This document shows, piece by piece, positions 38,994 to 50,440 of a stretch of DNA of 64,000 nt (positions are counted from its first letter, which is position 1; each line of letters starts with the position of its first letter). The stretch spans positions 3,648,001 to 3,712,000 of the forward strand of contig OZ242180.1 of NCBI GenBank assembly GCA_965205485.1, given 5' to 3'. Source of the DNA: Candidatus Latescibacterota bacterium. GTDB taxonomy: Bacteria > Latescibacterota > UBA2968 > GCA-2709665. The translations under genes and the position numbers were made by a program. Below the pieces are notes generated by a model, which saw nothing but the letters and a program-made list of their open reading frames with translations, ran no database searches and had not been told where the DNA came from.

Positions 38994-40376
38994 TCAGATC
39001 ACCGTTTGTTTCCACACGCCCTTCCGATAGCGGGTCCAGGCAAGAAGGCCCTGTGCGACGCCGGCGATGAACCAGGCGATCCAGATCCCCGTGGCATCCA
39101 TATTCAGGGTAAACGCCATCACGTAGGACAGCGGCAGCATCAACACCCACTGCGCCACAATGGTATAGTAGAGCAGGGGCCTGGTCTCGCCGCCGCCCGC
39201 CAGGACGCCTCCAACGACGATGGACAACGCGGAGAAGACCTGGGCGGCTGTAATGTACAGGAGCATCACATATCCCATGTCGATTACTGCCGCGGCGTCC
39301 GTGAACAGGTCGACGATCTCACGCGCGAAGACGCAGATGACGATGGCGCAGACGGTGACGAACGCCATGCCCAGCCGGATCGTGTTTGCGGCAAAGCGCT
39401 CCGCTTCGCCAATCTGTTTCGCCCCCAGTCTTTGTCCCACCAGCGCGGTTGCCGCCACGGAAAACGCCAGGGCCGGCATGATGCCGATCATCCGCATCTG
39501 CAATCCGATGGTCAGCGCGGCCGTTGAGGCAGTCGGCCGGCTCGTCCACCCCACCACGCGATAGATCAGAATCCTTGCGCCATTCCGGAAGAAACCCTGC
39601 ACCCCCGTCGGCACGCCGATTCGCATCATTCGTCCGATAATGTCCCGGTTGAACGGAAGCCGCCAGTTCCAGCGCATATGCACACGTGAGCGGCCGGAAG
39701 TTAGCAGGTAAATGCCGATGGCAAAGCCGACCGCCCTCGAGATCACGCTGCCGAGCGCCGCTCCGGTCACGCCCAGTTGAGGCAGACCCCACGCCCCGAA
39801 GATCAGGCCGTAGGTGAGCGGGATTTTCAGACAGATGATGAGACATGAGATCTTCAACGGCGTCCGCGTATCCCCCGCGCCGCCGAAAATCCCGCCGATG
39901 ATGTAATTGGGCATCATGACGACGATGCCGGCAAAGTAGACGCGCATGAACGGCACGGCGTGCGCCAGCACGTCTTCCTGCGCGCCAAGCAGGACCAGGG
40001 CCGGACGGGCGATCGCGCTCCCGATGAGCGCCAGGCCCGCCGACAGAAGGACCCCCATCAGGATGGCCTGCTGCGCCGTATGGCTGAGGTCCTCCCGGCG
40101 ACCGGCGCCGTAGAATTGCGCGACGAGGGTCCGTGATCCCGTGCTGACCGATATCGCCATGACCATGATCACGAACAGGACCTGCCGGCTGAGCCCCACC
40201 GCGGAGATCGCGGCAGGACCCAGTTGCCCGACCATGGAGATGTCGACAAGCCCTTCCATGGCGTCCAGCATCGACGCGGCCACAACGGGCCACGCGATGG
40301 CCCAGACCTGGCGCAGGACCGGCGCCGGGTCGGAGGGGGTGAGATCGGAGTCGGGGGGCGATAGGGGGCGGGTCAT
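38994..40376 (-). CDS. MATE efflux transporter
   Basis: AGDTRTP, LGVTGAA, about 12 TM segments. Confidence 0.93.
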   Translation of the reverse strand: MTRPLSPPDSDLTPSDPAPVLRQVWAIAWPVVAASMLDAMEGLVDISMVGQLGPAAISAVGLSRQVLFVIMVMAISVSTGSRTLVAQFYGAGRREDLSHTAQQAILMGVLLSAGLALIGSAIARPALVLLGAQEDVLAHAVPFMRVYFAGIVVMMPNYIIGGIFGGAGDTRTPLKISCLIICLKIPLTYGLIFGAWGLPQLGVTGAALGSVISRAVGFAIGIYLLTSGRSRVHMRWNWRLPFNRDIIGRMMRIGVPTGVQGFFRNGARILIYRVVGWTSRPTASTAALTIGLQMRMIGIMPALAFSVAATALVGQRLGAKQIGEAERFAANTIRLGMAFVTVCAIVICVFAREIVDLFTDAAAVIDMGYVMLLYITAAQVFSALSIVVGGVLAGGGETRPLLYYTIVAQWVLMLPLSYVMAFTLNMDATGIWIAWFIAGVAQGLLAWTRYRKGVWKQTVI

Positions 40377-40394
40377 CGGTGGGTTGGGAGGCGC

Positions 40395-41738
40395 CTATTC
40401 GATGGTACTCTCAGTGGTCAGCACGTGAATTTCGACTTCAGGCCAGTGTTTCTCGAGGATTTCGATAACGTGTTCCTTGGGTCCGTAAAACATCGTGACC
40501 AGATTTGGTTCGACGAAGTATTCTTGGAGAAACGACCGTATCTCGCCATCAGTGACGGATTTGATGCCGTCTTCACGACTCGGAAAGTCGTAGAGGGCTT
40601 GATCAACCTCACGTGACAGTCTGCGTTGCGGCGTCCGTTCGCCGTGTGTATGGGCGTCGATCACGTCGGGGTTTTCGCGTAACTCGCGGATTGCCGACCA
40701 GAATTCCGGGTTGTTGGCGAGGCCCGCGATGAATGCATGCATTTTCGTCATCAACTCCTCGCTATTCTCAATTCGAGGGTCAGCATAGATTTCGAGAAAC
40801 CTGACATCAGCTTCTCTTCGAAAGGAGCAGGAATTACCGTAAACCAGTCCCGACTCTTCTCGCAAATATTCAAAGAGCAAGCCGCGACCGGTACCGCGAC
40901 CAAGCGTCCAGGACACCATATTGGGTACGAAATTGTCCTCGCCGACGGTTCCGATTGGGATGAGCCAATGGCAGTAGACGTTCTTCAAATTGGAGTAATG
41001 CTTGAAGACGAATGCGGTATGTCCTGGAAGGCGATTTTTTTCCCGGGTCGTCGGCGACCAGTCGAAACCGCCTTTCCGGCGGTCGTTCATGATTGGCCGG
41101 AGCAACTCCGCCACCTCCGTCGAGTCGAGGTCCGAGATCGCCTTGAAGAAGACCACTTCCGCGTTCAGAAGTCCCGCGAAAAAGTGCCTGGCTTCCTCTA
41201 TGGTGATTTGCTTCATTGCTTCGCGTGAGAACCATCTCCCTACACCCACTGTTCGTGAAAGCGCGAAGTTCCGCTGGATATCGTGGTCGCCGGAATCGAC
41301 TTCCTTTTCGTAGGATTCCAGTAACTTCGTCTTTGACTTTTCAAGGGCGAGATCGGTAACTGTCATGCTGCGTATCAGATCGTTCACGATCCCAACGGAC
41401 GCTGCAAAATTCGCGGTCAGGCTGGCTATCGAAATTGTCTGGTGTTCATAGTATGTATGGAAGTCGATGTCCGTGCCCAGTGCTTCCATTCGAGCCGTGT
41501 ATCCGTGCTCTTTCGCATAGTCCTCCAAGAGTCTGGCGACGGTAGCCGCGAGCCCGGTCTTTGAAGTCTCGTCACGCATGCTTCCGCCGCCGGAAAAGAC
41601 GATGTCCAGCATCGTCAGCGGCGCACGGTTGTCATGCTGATAGAATAAGCGGTGATTGGGAATCTGCGCGGAAGCCGGTATCGCGCAAAGAACGCAGAGC
41701 GCCGCAACACTAATAGTGGTATTTACGGATTTCTTCAT
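40395..41738 (-). CDS. M16 peptidase-like non-catalytic subunit
   Basis: Signal peptide; LREESGLVY; no HxxEH. Confidence 0.75.
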   Translation of the reverse strand: MKKSVNTTISVAALCVLCAIPASAQIPNHRLFYQHDNRAPLTMLDIVFSGGGSMRDETSKTGLAATVARLLEDYAKEHGYTARMEALGTDIDFHTYYEHQTISIASLTANFAASVGIVNDLIRSMTVTDLALEKSKTKLLESYEKEVDSGDHDIQRNFALSRTVGVGRWFSREAMKQITIEEARHFFAGLLNAEVVFFKAISDLDSTEVAELLRPIMNDRRKGGFDWSPTTREKNRLPGHTAFVFKHYSNLKNVYCHWLIPIGTVGEDNFVPNMVSWTLGRGTGRGLLFEYLREESGLVYGNSCSFRREADVRFLEIYADPRIENSEELMTKMHAFIAGLANNPEFWSAIRELRENPDVIDAHTHGERTPQRRLSREVDQALYDFPSREDGIKSVTDGEIRSFLQEYFVEPNLVTMFYGPKEHVIEILEKHWPEVEIHVLTTESTIE

Positions 41739-43191
41739 TGTCAGCAACATTGCAAATTGGTGTTAGGGCCCGCCTCCTGACGGCCCGGATTATGGCAAAA
41801 AGAGTGCCGCCACATACGAATACAACGAATGCGAGCACGATAAAATCCGGGCCGGTCAACAGGGGTTCCTTTATCGTCCAGGTAAGTGTGATGGCGTTAT
41901 CTTCAATGAGGTGTTCCCGGGCGATCCGCGGAATATCGTCGGCACTCACACGCTGGATTTGGTTGATTGTCCTCGGATAGAGCAGGGGGTCTCCGGCCAG
42001 CGCGAATGCCTGGCCGAATCTATATGCCATATCAGACCGGTCGTAAAACTCGGAATACTGGCGTCGCAGTTGCGAGTTTCGGGCGGCTGAAAGGTCATTT
42101 TCGGATACGCCGTGAGTCTTTATATCTTCCAATCTTGCGAGTACGGCATTCTCTATGACCTTAGTTGATGAAACCGGGTCCATCTCGGCGACAAAACTGA
42201 TCAGGCCGAACCCCTTATAGCCGTTTATCCGTACGCTAAACGAATTCACTGTCTGAGAGTCGAGCAGTGATGACCGTAGCGAGTTCGAGCGTCTGACCAG
42301 GATTGACGCCAGAACAAGGAAGCCCGCATGGTCCGGATGGCCTGGGCCTGGTATGTGCCAGGCCTTTCTGAACCGGGACTTATTCAGGTTTTTGAACTTC
42401 GTTTGATACCTCTCGCCCAGCGCATCGGGATTGGGAAACCGTGACAAGGGCGATCGATCTTCTCTTTGACGGTCCCCGCCGGGGAACGCTTCGGCCAATT
42501 TCGTGAGGACATCATCTTCATCAACGTCGCCGATAACGACAACCAGGCGTCTCTTCCGTCGCAAGACATTGTGAAAGAGCTGTTTCAGATCCCCAGGTTT
42601 GACCTTTTCGATAAACGACGCTTTGCCAACCCCTTCGAATCTTTCTATTCCGTAGACCAGCCCGAAGAAATGACCGGAGAATCTCCGCCCTGATCGAGTG
42701 CTCTTACCACTGACTTCCGTCAATACAACCTGCCTTTCCCTCTCTATAAATTCGGTGTCAAATACCGTACCGTAAAAACAGTCGCGGTCTATTTCTACGG
42801 CGAGCGCCAGTTTGTCACTTGGAAATCTCATCGTAAAAAACGTCATGTGTAATCCGGTAGCTGCGTCAGATTTCCCGCCGTTGCCGGCGATCAGTCGATT
42901 GAGTTCTCCCGGTGGAAGGCTTCCTGTGCCCGCGATGATATGCTCGAGAAAGTGCAGTTTTCCCTGCTGTCCTTCCGGTTCATCCGCGGAACCCATGGCA
43001 TAAAAGGTCTGATATTCGAAGGTTGGGATCGTCGGGTCGACCACAATGACGGCGTCGAGTCTGTCATTGATGGTATAGTGATGGGCGACGAGGGCGTCCG
43101 AAAGGGATTCCGATCCCACGAGCCGATAGGCGGGGCACGTGTCCGTCCATATGCAGAAGATTATCGCCGCATATAGGGAGGTCTTTGCCAT
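41710..43191 (-). CDS. M16 zinc peptidase with C-terminal TM anchor
   Basis: HFLEH, ERERQVVLTE. Confidence 0.85.
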   Translation of the reverse strand: MAKTSLYAAIIFCIWTDTCPAYRLVGSESLSDALVAHHYTINDRLDAVIVVDPTIPTFEYQTFYAMGSADEPEGQQGKLHFLEHIIAGTGSLPPGELNRLIAGNGGKSDAATGLHMTFFTMRFPSDKLALAVEIDRDCFYGTVFDTEFIERERQVVLTEVSGKSTRSGRRFSGHFFGLVYGIERFEGVGKASFIEKVKPGDLKQLFHNVLRRKRRLVVVIGDVDEDDVLTKLAEAFPGGDRQREDRSPLSRFPNPDALGERYQTKFKNLNKSRFRKAWHIPGPGHPDHAGFLVLASILVRRSNSLRSSLLDSQTVNSFSVRINGYKGFGLISFVAEMDPVSSTKVIENAVLARLEDIKTHGVSENDLSAARNSQLRRQYSEFYDRSDMAYRFGQAFALAGDPLLYPRTINQIQRVSADDIPRIAREHLIEDNAITLTWTIKEPLLTGPDFIVLAFVVFVCGGTLFAIIRAVRRRALTPICNVADNEEIRKYHY

Positions 43192-43478
43192 GTCGGGGAC
43201 CCGAAAAATGGCAGGATGCATCGGGATAGGGATTCGCCAATGCTTGAAATCGTCAAGACTCAGGCGACAAGACAACAGGGTCCGAGGCTAGATGCGTGGG
43301 CGAAATGACGGATGAGAGAGGAGCCTGGATGGTTGATCTGATCATGCTACCGTGGTGCTGAGTTCTGCGAATCGAATGAGTGAGGAAGGTGATATTGATC
43401 AAGTCGGACGGCGTCCGGACAAGGTAAGTACGAACATATTTCAGAACCAACAGTCAATCAAGGGAGGTCTACAGCGCA

Positions 43479-43817
43479 TCAGTCGTCGGTAGGAACCAGC
43501 GGTTCGAGTTGGGCGATCAACGCTGGCAGATCCTCCGTCACCGTATCCCAGACTCGTATAAGGTTGACTTTGAAATACCCATGCACAAGACGATTACGCA
43601 TTCCGATGATTTCATGCCATGGAATATCTGAATGTGTTTCCCTCGTCTCAGGGCTCACATGGGTTGCCGCTTCTCCAATGATCTCTATCGACTTTAGGAT
43701 TGCGTTTTGGTGAAGCTCGCTCTGTGTGAATTGTCAGTACGTTAAACCGGAGGCGAATTTAATGGCCTTGCGCGTATGAATCAGCATGTCCAGCAAGTAG
43801 GCTTCACTTCGCCGCGT
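43479..43817 (-). pseudogene. HEPN (DUF86/HepT) toxin pseudogene
   Basis: YLLDML..IEIIGEAA..IPWHEIIGMRNRLVHGY; start is ACG; in-frame TGA at 43734-43736. Confidence 0.88.
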
Positions 43818-44115
43818 AAATCGTCTCCGCTGATCCAAGGATGGCTTTACGGCGAATGGTGTTGCAGCTCGCCTCGATTGCGTCTCGTTCCAGTAGATCG
43901 GCCGGCCGACCGAATAATTCAGTCAGTTCATCTTCCATGCGTACCATGTCCAGGAGCGTTGGCCGCGCTTCGTCATTGAAGCTGACGAGTATATCGACGT
44001 CGCTTTCGGGACCCAGTTCGTCGCGCAATGCGGAGCCGAACAACGCCAATTCGACGACCCCCCATCGTTCGCAAAACGCATCGAGTTCTCTCGGAATCTT
44101 GGTATGTTCATTCAT
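43804..44115 (-). CDS. Minimal nucleotidyltransferase (MNT) antitoxin
   Basis: LFGSALR..SDVDILV. Confidence 0.92.
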   Translation of the reverse strand: MNEHTKIPRELDAFCERWGVVELALFGSALRDELGPESDVDILVSFNDEARPTLLDMVRMEDELTELFGRPADLLERDAIEASCNTIRRKAILGSAETIYAAK

Positions 44116-44286
44116 TCTAAAGAGTGCTCTGCCACCCTAATTTCCGATGGCGGTCTTGTTGGTTATTGGTCTGTCTTACCTGCCAAGTGTCAGATTCGCG
44201 AAACGGGATTTCGGAATGTGTTAATATAGACGACGTATCCAGCACTCTTGTGAGGTGGTCAACCGCATTGAGCCAACGTAATTGGA

Positions 44287-44835
44287 TCATTGGTCCGGCC
44301 TCGCATTTTGTAGCAGATTGAATGATACGCGACCACCCAAATACGTATGTACATCTATATCTTTGTATTCTTCCTTTTGGACCCGTCGTCTCGGCCTTAC
44401 AGGCTGTTTATCAAGCTTCCGACTGTTCTTCATTCCGATAAGATAGTATCGAATGCCTGGCGTCCATCTACTTTTATTTTTCTCGTCGCCGTGAATATGA
44501 CAAGCGGAAACCAGGTATTTCAGAATCGGAAGTGACCTCCGAAGTTGCTCCATTCCTTTCTTATTTTCCTTCAGAGTCTCTTTCAACTCAACGAATATGG
44601 CATAATCCTCACCGTCTGAACTCCTAACCAGAAGAAAATCGCAGATCCTTTTCAATACACCACGTCTTGTGCCCGGCAAATGCCCAACGACATCCATATT
44701 TATTACTACAACATCTGGTGGCATTTGTGTCACGGCAAGTTCAGTCACCTCTTCCTTTAGAACCACTTCGCTACTGGGTTCATAGGAAATCAGAGCGTTT
44801 TCGGCAAGTATCGACTTCAGTTGGCTCAATTGCAC
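44287..44835 (-). CDS. Hypothetical protein with PD-(D/E)xK-like motif
   Basis: ICDFLL..IFVELK..EQL; TAG/GTG 1-nt overlap with the ATPase. Confidence 0.65.
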   Translation of the reverse strand: MQLSQLKSILAENALISYEPSSEVVLKEEVTELAVTQMPPDVVVINMDVVGHLPGTRRGVLKRICDFLLVRSSDGEDYAIFVELKETLKENKKGMEQLRRSLPILKYLVSACHIHGDEKNKSRWTPGIRYYLIGMKNSRKLDKQPVRPRRRVQKEEYKDIDVHTYLGGRVSFNLLQNARPDQ

Positions 44836-46289
44836 TATTCCGCTGCCTCCGAGTCTTCCGAAATTCGAGACGTCAATTCATTTGCTACCGCGTTTATTTC
44901 ATCGATGGTTCCATCGAAAACCGGCATATCAATGCCAAATTCATCAACGTCGCATTTCTTCAGTCCGTTATCTTCAGCTATATACGCCCGAATGGACTCC
45001 GGTTCCAGCGCATCGTCAGGTCGGTATTTTAGTTTTTTAACAACCGATTCTTTCTCGGCGAACGTACTGTTTAACATGACCAGATTGTTGATTTCCTTAA
45101 TCAGGTAGTCGCTGTGGGTTGTAATGAGTACTTTCAATCCTGCACGTACGAATCGCGCCAGCAATCGCGCGAGTAGAATCTGGTTGGCGGTATCGAGATG
45201 GCTTTCCGGCTCGTCAATGATGAGAAGGTGACCGCTGCTTGCAACGTGACGCAGGAAAAAGTAGAAATCTGATAAACCTCGGGCGGATGACGAGGCGTTG
45301 TGCAGCGGTATGTTGAAGCTGCGTCCCTTTCCCCGAGCCTTGGATATAAACCGTATCTCTTCTTCAGACGCGCGGTAATAACCGCCCATCATGTCCTTGA
45401 TTCCGTCATGCAGCTTGTGTGCATGAAGTTCGCTTTCCTTTGCACGTAAGTCCGGAATACTACGAGTGTAGGCGATGTTGTGTTTAATCGGAAGTGCATA
45501 TCGGCTGGTGGCGCCGTCAATGAACATGAACCTGGAACTCCTGCCCCATGCTTTGTCGTCGCCCATCTTCTGCAGCAGGTCGACCAACTGGTTCTTGGTG
45601 AAGTCGAGCTCTCTGTAGAAAAGTGAGATACCAAATCGCTCCGAGGAGAGAATAAAGGTCTCGGATGGGATTTCAGGAAACAAGAAACGAAGATACAGGT
45701 GCGAAAGCGCTTCATCGATATCTGACCGGAGGTATGGCTGTTTACCCTCCTCGATATACAGACTGGCTTTTTCTCCATCGTAATTCAGCGATAGGATTGC
45801 GCCGTCAGATCGGATAGTCTCGTAGATTCGCTCGCCGTTAGAGGGATCGCGCGCGAGTTCGACATCAAGCCTGGCGCCGTCAAAAACGCCGGTAGGAGAG
45901 CTGAACACTCTAGACAGACGGGTATCCGAAAACGTGCGGGTCATATCGTCCATTAACGAAGACCGCATTTCGTTTCTCATTGTCCAATCTACCGGTTGTT
46001 CAGCCTGAAGGATCTTTCGCATCCTGATTGCAAGCATCTCCTTGATGGCGTGAGCCGTGCCTGCTACGCTTTCGGCGTCTACAATAAGCTCAGGCCATTC
46101 CTCGTACATTTTCAGAAAGGCATATAGCGTATACGCCATGTAGGTCTTGCCGGTATTGTTTCGGCCCGCGATTATGGTAAGTTCTCCCAATTCCAATTTG
46201 GCATCCTTGACGGGACCGATGTTGCTGAACCGAAACGTCGCTGGTTTCATTTTGGATTTCACGATATTCAGTTTTTCGGCCGATGCCAT
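44835..46289 (-). CDS. ABC-type ATPase (AAA_15/AAA_21-like)
   Basis: GRNNTGKT, ASSS signature, IIDEPESHL, TTHS. Confidence 0.9.
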   Translation of the reverse strand: MASAEKLNIVKSKMKPATFRFSNIGPVKDAKLELGELTIIAGRNNTGKTYMAYTLYAFLKMYEEWPELIVDAESVAGTAHAIKEMLAIRMRKILQAEQPVDWTMRNEMRSSLMDDMTRTFSDTRLSRVFSSPTGVFDGARLDVELARDPSNGERIYETIRSDGAILSLNYDGEKASLYIEEGKQPYLRSDIDEALSHLYLRFLFPEIPSETFILSSERFGISLFYRELDFTKNQLVDLLQKMGDDKAWGRSSRFMFIDGATSRYALPIKHNIAYTRSIPDLRAKESELHAHKLHDGIKDMMGGYYRASEEEIRFISKARGKGRSFNIPLHNASSSARGLSDFYFFLRHVASSGHLLIIDEPESHLDTANQILLARLLARFVRAGLKVLITTHSDYLIKEINNLVMLNSTFAEKESVVKKLKYRPDDALEPESIRAYIAEDNGLKKCDVDEFGIDMPVFDGTIDEINAVANELTSRISEDSEAAE

Positions 46290-46410
46290 GGTGATGCCTC
46301 TTTGATGGATGCTAGGAAGTCCACAATATGCAAGCGATGTACACTTTGGTTACGGCAACCGCTGTATTATTGATTATATACAATCCATTGCGTTTCGGGT
46401 CAACCAAAAC

Positions 46411-46442
46411 AAGAATGGAGGTCAATCCTGACCTCCATTCTT
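46411..46442 (-). terminator. Intrinsic terminator downstream of SRAP
   Basis: 14-bp perfect stem aagaatggaggtca/tgacctccattctt with T-rich tail on the minus strand. Confidence 0.7.
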
Positions 46443-46531
46443 CCATTGGTTATATAGTTGATATTTCGTGTCTTGCGTAGCACCTCCTCTTTCAGAGTTT
46501 CCGTCTGCACCGCTTTCGATCTCCGTCTTCC

Positions 46532-47218
46532 CTAGAACAGCCGCTGCTGGGACATGGGCGTGAGGATATCCGGGTCGTCGTTCCGGACGCTGTTGACGCG
46601 GGTGCTGACCGCGCGGATTTCGTATGGACCGGCGCGGGGATTGCGGGCCAGGTCGAGGAGCGTTTCGGCGGGGGATTCTTCATCGAGCCAGACTGAAAAG
46701 TGTTCGGGATTGATGACGGCCGGCTGCCTGTGGTGGATGTCCGCCAAAGGCGGGTCGGCGGCGGTCGTGAGGATGGAAAAGGACTCGAGGGCTTCGCCGC
46801 CCCTGTCCCAGCGTTCCCACAGGCCGGCGAAGGACAGCGGCGACCCGTCTGCGAGCGCCAGGAAGTAGGGCTGTTTGCCGTGCCCGGCCCGCTGCCACTC
46901 GAACCAGCCGTCGGCGGGGACCAGGCACCGCCGCGAGCGGAAGGCCGCGCCGAAAGCCGGTTTTTCGTATACCGTCTCGGACCGGGCGTTGATCATGCGC
47001 GCGCCCAATTTGATGTCTCTGGCCCATCCGGGCACCAGCCCCCATCGAAGCCTGGCGATCACCCGGTCGCCGTTCTCGTCAATGCGGCACACCGAGAAGT
47101 CCTGCGTTGGCGCCCCATTGTATCGGGGCTGCAGGTCCGGCGTCGCCAGGGGTTCGGCCAGGGCGTAAAGCTCATGGAGTTCCCGCCAGGTCATCATCTG
47201 CGTGAAACGCCCGCACAT
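46532..47218 (-). CDS. SOS response-associated peptidase (SRAP/YedK-HMCES family)
   Basis: MCGRF, RYNGAPTQ, INARSET, IHHRQP. Confidence 0.95.
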   Translation of the reverse strand: MCGRFTQMMTWRELHELYALAEPLATPDLQPRYNGAPTQDFSVCRIDENGDRVIARLRWGLVPGWARDIKLGARMINARSETVYEKPAFGAAFRSRRCLVPADGWFEWQRAGHGKQPYFLALADGSPLSFAGLWERWDRGGEALESFSILTTAADPPLADIHHRQPAVINPEHFSVWLDEESPAETLLDLARNPRAGPYEIRAVSTRVNSVRNDDPDILTPMSQQRLF

Positions 47219-47326
47219 GGGATGTTTTCCTCCGTTTTTCGTGCCAACCCGGAAATGCCGTCCGGGGGTTTGCGGTCCGGGTCGCGCTGAAAGCACCGTG
47301 CAATTTCGTCCTTACGTGAAATGGTG

Positions 47327-50300
47327 TCAATGAAAATCCCGGCTCTTGTGGCGGGCCGCTCCGGTATCCAGCTTCGGCTTCCAGATTTTATCAACCACCA
47401 GGTGGGTGACGCCCTCTCCCACCTGCAGTTTTCCGGTCACGCCCATGCAGGAAAGCGTTTTGGCCAGCAGGGAATAGCGCTTGAACGTCCTTTCCCAGAT
47501 CACCAGGTTCACAAATCCCGTTTCATCCTCCAGGGTCATGAAGGTAACGCCCTTGGCGGTTCCCGGGCGCTGGCGGCAGATGACCATCCCCGCGTAGCGA
47601 ACCCGGCGTCCGTCCTGCATCCGGTTGATCTGGCGCGCCGTGGGCAGTTTGCGGGCGGCCAGCTGGGAGCGCAACGGTTTCAGGAGGTGTCCCCGGGTGC
47701 TGTGGTCGGCGGCCTGATGGTCCCAGGCAACGGTCTCCAACCCGCTCAGGGGAGGGAACCGGGGCGGAGAAACGCGGCTGTTCACCGGCAGCGCCGGCCC
47801 CTCGGGAGTTGCGATACCGTGGACCTGCCAGAGCGCGCCGCGCCGGTCCTGGCCGAAACACTCGAAGGCGCCGGCCTCGGCCAGGGTTTCCAGCTTGTCC
47901 TGGCGAAGCCCGCCGCGCCGGGCGACGTCTTCGAGGTCCTGAAAAGGGCGCTTTCTCGCGGTGTCCGAAAGCCGGCGTCCGTCCGCGTCGCCCAGTCCGC
48001 TGACGTAACGCAGCCCCATGCGCACGGCGAACGGAGCGGGCGACGTGCGGGATGAGGCCGGCTCGAGGGTGCAGTCCCAGTCGCTTTTGCGTATGCAGAC
48101 GGGCCGCACGGCGATTCCGTGCCTGCGGGCGTCGTTGACGATGGTGGCGGGCTCGTAGAACCCCATCGGCTGGGCGTTCAGCAGGGCGCAGACGAACTCC
48201 GCCGGATAGTGGCATTTGAGATAGGCGGTGGCATAGGCGATATGGGCAAAGCTGGCGGCGTGACTCTCGGGAAAGCCGTAGTCGCCGAAGCCGCGGATCT
48301 GGTTGAAGATGCGTTCGGCAAATTCGTGTTCGATGCCCTTGTTGACCATGCGGGTGACGAGCCGGCGATGGTGCCGCTCGATGCGTCCGGAACGCCGCCA
48401 CGCCGCCATGTCCCGCCGGAGCTGATCGGCCTCGCCGGGGGTGTAGTCGGCCGCAACCATGGCCAGCTGCATCACCTGTTCCTGAAACAGAGGAATGCCC
48501 AGGGTTTTCCTGAGAACGGGAACGAGGGAAGGGTGGGGATAGTCGACTTCCTCGTCCCCGTTGCGCCGTCTCAGATAGGGATGCACCATGCCGCCCGTGA
48601 TGGGTCCGGGACGCACAATGCTGATTTCAATCACCAGGTCGTAATAACTGCGCGGCTTGAGGCGTCCCAGCATGGCCATCTGCGCCCGGCTTTCGATCTG
48701 AAACACCCCCACGGTATCGCTGCGGCAGATCATATCGAAGGTTGGCGCGTCGCCCCGGGGAAGGGCGGCCAGAGACATGTCCCGCCCGCGGTGCTCCCGC
48801 ATGAGATCGAAGCAGAGATGCAGATGGGTGAGGGCGCCCAACCCCAGCAGGTCCACCTTGAACAGGCCGGCCTGCTCCACGTCCTCCTTGTCCCATTGAA
48901 TGACCGTTCTGCCGTCCATGGTGGCATTCTCGATGGGCACCAGTTCGTGGACGGGGCGATGGCCCAGCAGAAAACCGCCGGGATGGATGGAGAGGTGGCG
49001 GGGAAAATCCTGGATCTCTTTCACCAGGGAAACGAGATGGCGCATGGCCGGGTTTTGAGGGTCCAGCCCGGCCTGCGCGATGAAGGCGTCGCTCCAGCTT
49101 TCATGGGACACCAGCTTGGCAAGGCGGTCCAGGCTGGTTGCCGAAACCTCCAGCGCCTTGCCCACTTCCCGGATGGCGGACCGGTACCGGTAACGCACCA
49201 CGTTGGCCACCATGGCGGCGCGGTCGCGCCCGTATTTTTCGTACATGTGCTGGATCACTTCTTCTCTCCGGTTGTGTTCGATATCCAGGTCGATATCCGG
49301 AGGCTCGGCCCTCTCCCTGGACAGAAAACGTTCGAAGAGAAGTTCCACCTGGGTCGGATCCACGCTGGTGATCCCCAGGGCGAAGCAGACCGCCGAGTTG
49401 GCGGCCGACCCCCGGCCCTGGCAGAGGATCTTCTGACGGCGGCAGTACTCGACGATCTCGTACATGGTCAGGAAGTAGCCTTCGTACTCCAGTTCCTGGA
49501 TCAGTTCGAGTTCCTTCTCCAGTTGTGGAATCTGGTCCCGGAATTTTTCGCCCATCCGCCGCGCGGCGCCCTCGAACGTCCGGTCGCGCAGGTACTGGAT
49601 GGTAGTCTTGCCCTCCGGCACGCGTTCCAGCGGATAGCGGTAGCGCAGTTCCTGGAGCGAGAAGGAACAGCGGTCGGCAATTTCCCGGGTCCGCCCAACC
49701 GACTCCGGATCGTCTGCAAAGAGGCGGGCCAGGTCGTCCGGAGGCGTCAGGGCGTGCCGGTCGTTCGGCCGGATGCGCCGGCCGGCCGTGGACAGGGTCA
49801 CGCCTTCCCGGATACAGGTCAGGACGTCCTGCAGGCGGCGCCGTTCGGGTGTGTGATAGAGGACTTCCACGGCGGCCACGGTGGGGAGGCCGAACCGGTC
49901 GGCCAGTTCCCGGAGCCGGATTTCCCGCAGGATCTCCTCCGCCCGGCGGTGTCTGGCCAACAGGATGTACAGGCGGTCCCCGAATACCGTTTTGAGCCGT
50001 TCCAGCACGGGCTCCGGACCGCTCTCCTCGGGGGCTTCCGGTCCGCCCCGGCCGATCCACAGCGCGATCAGGCCGGGATTGCGGCGACACACTTCATCCA
50101 GGCCCGGCATACACGTTCCCTTCGAGGAACGCAGATGTCCGTCGGTCAGCAGGCGGCAGAGATTGCCGTAGCCCTTCCGGTTCCGGGCCAGCAACAGGAT
50201 CTCCGATCCGTCCCGGAGGCCGATCTGCGATCCCGCGATCAGGTGTATGCCCGCCTGCAGGGCCTGAACGTGAGCCCTGACGATCCCGTACACGCCGTTC

Positions 50301-50440
50301 CGGTCGGTGAGCGCCATGGCCGGAAGGCCGTTCCGCCGGCAGGCCTCGACCAGTTCTTCTGGATGGCTGGCGCCTTCCAGAAAGGAATAGTTGCTCTTGC
50401 ACCAGAGGGGGACGTAAGGCGGATTGGGGGTTGCGGTCAT
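47327..50440 (-). CDS. dnaE2: Error-prone DNA polymerase DnaE2 (ImuC)
   Basis: [27 protein letters not shown]-terminal SRDFH. Confidence 0.97.
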   Translation of the reverse strand: MTATPNPPYVPLWCKSNYSFLEGASHPEELVEACRRNGLPAMALTDRNGVYGIVRAHVQALQAGIHLIAGSQIGLRDGSEILLLARNRKGYGNLCRLLTDGHLRSSKGTCMPGLDEVCRRNPGLIALWIGRGGPEAPEESGPEPVLERLKTVFGDRLYILLARHRRAEEILREIRLRELADRFGLPTVAAVEVLYHTPERRRLQDVLTCIREGVTLSTAGRRIRPNDRHALTPPDDLARLFADDPESVGRTREIADRCSFSLQELRYRYPLERVPEGKTTIQYLRDRTFEGAARRMGEKFRDQIPQLEKELELIQELEYEGYFLTMYEIVEYCRRQKILCQGRGSAANSAVCFALGITSVDPTQVELLFERFLSRERAEPPDIDLDIEHNRREEVIQHMYEKYGRDRAAMVANVVRYRYRSAIREVGKALEVSATSLDRLAKLVSHESWSDAFIAQAGLDPQNPAMRHLVSLVKEIQDFPRHLSIHPGGFLLGHRPVHELVPIENATMDGRTVIQWDKEDVEQAGLFKVDLLGLGALTHLHLCFDLMREHRGRDMSLAALPRGDAPTFDMICRSDTVGVFQIESRAQMAMLGRLKPRSYYDLVIEISIVRPGPITGGMVHPYLRRRNGDEEVDYPHPSLVPVLRKTLGIPLFQEQVMQLAMVAADYTPGEADQLRRDMAAWRRSGRIERHHRRLVTRMVNKGIEHEFAERIFNQIRGFGDYGFPESHAASFAHIAYATAYLKCHYPAEFVCALLNAQPMGFYEPATIVNDARRHGIAVRPVCIRKSDWDCTLEPASSRTSPAPFAVRMGLRYVSGLGDADGRRLSDTARKRPFQDLEDVARRGGLRQDKLETLAEAGAFECFGQDRRGALWQVHGIATPEGPALPVNSRVSPPRFPPLSGLETVAWDHQAADHSTRGHLLKPLRSQLAARKLPTARQINRMQDGRRVRYAGMVICRQRPGTAKGVTFMTLEDETGFVNLVIWERTFKRYSLLAKTLSCMGVTGKLQVGEGVTHLVVDKIWKPKLDTGAARHKSRDFH

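Noticed and set aside
43734..43736. Selenocysteine or readthrough at the HEPN TGA
   Set aside because: Not a Cys-equivalent position and the start codon is also lost; a pseudogene is the simpler explanation
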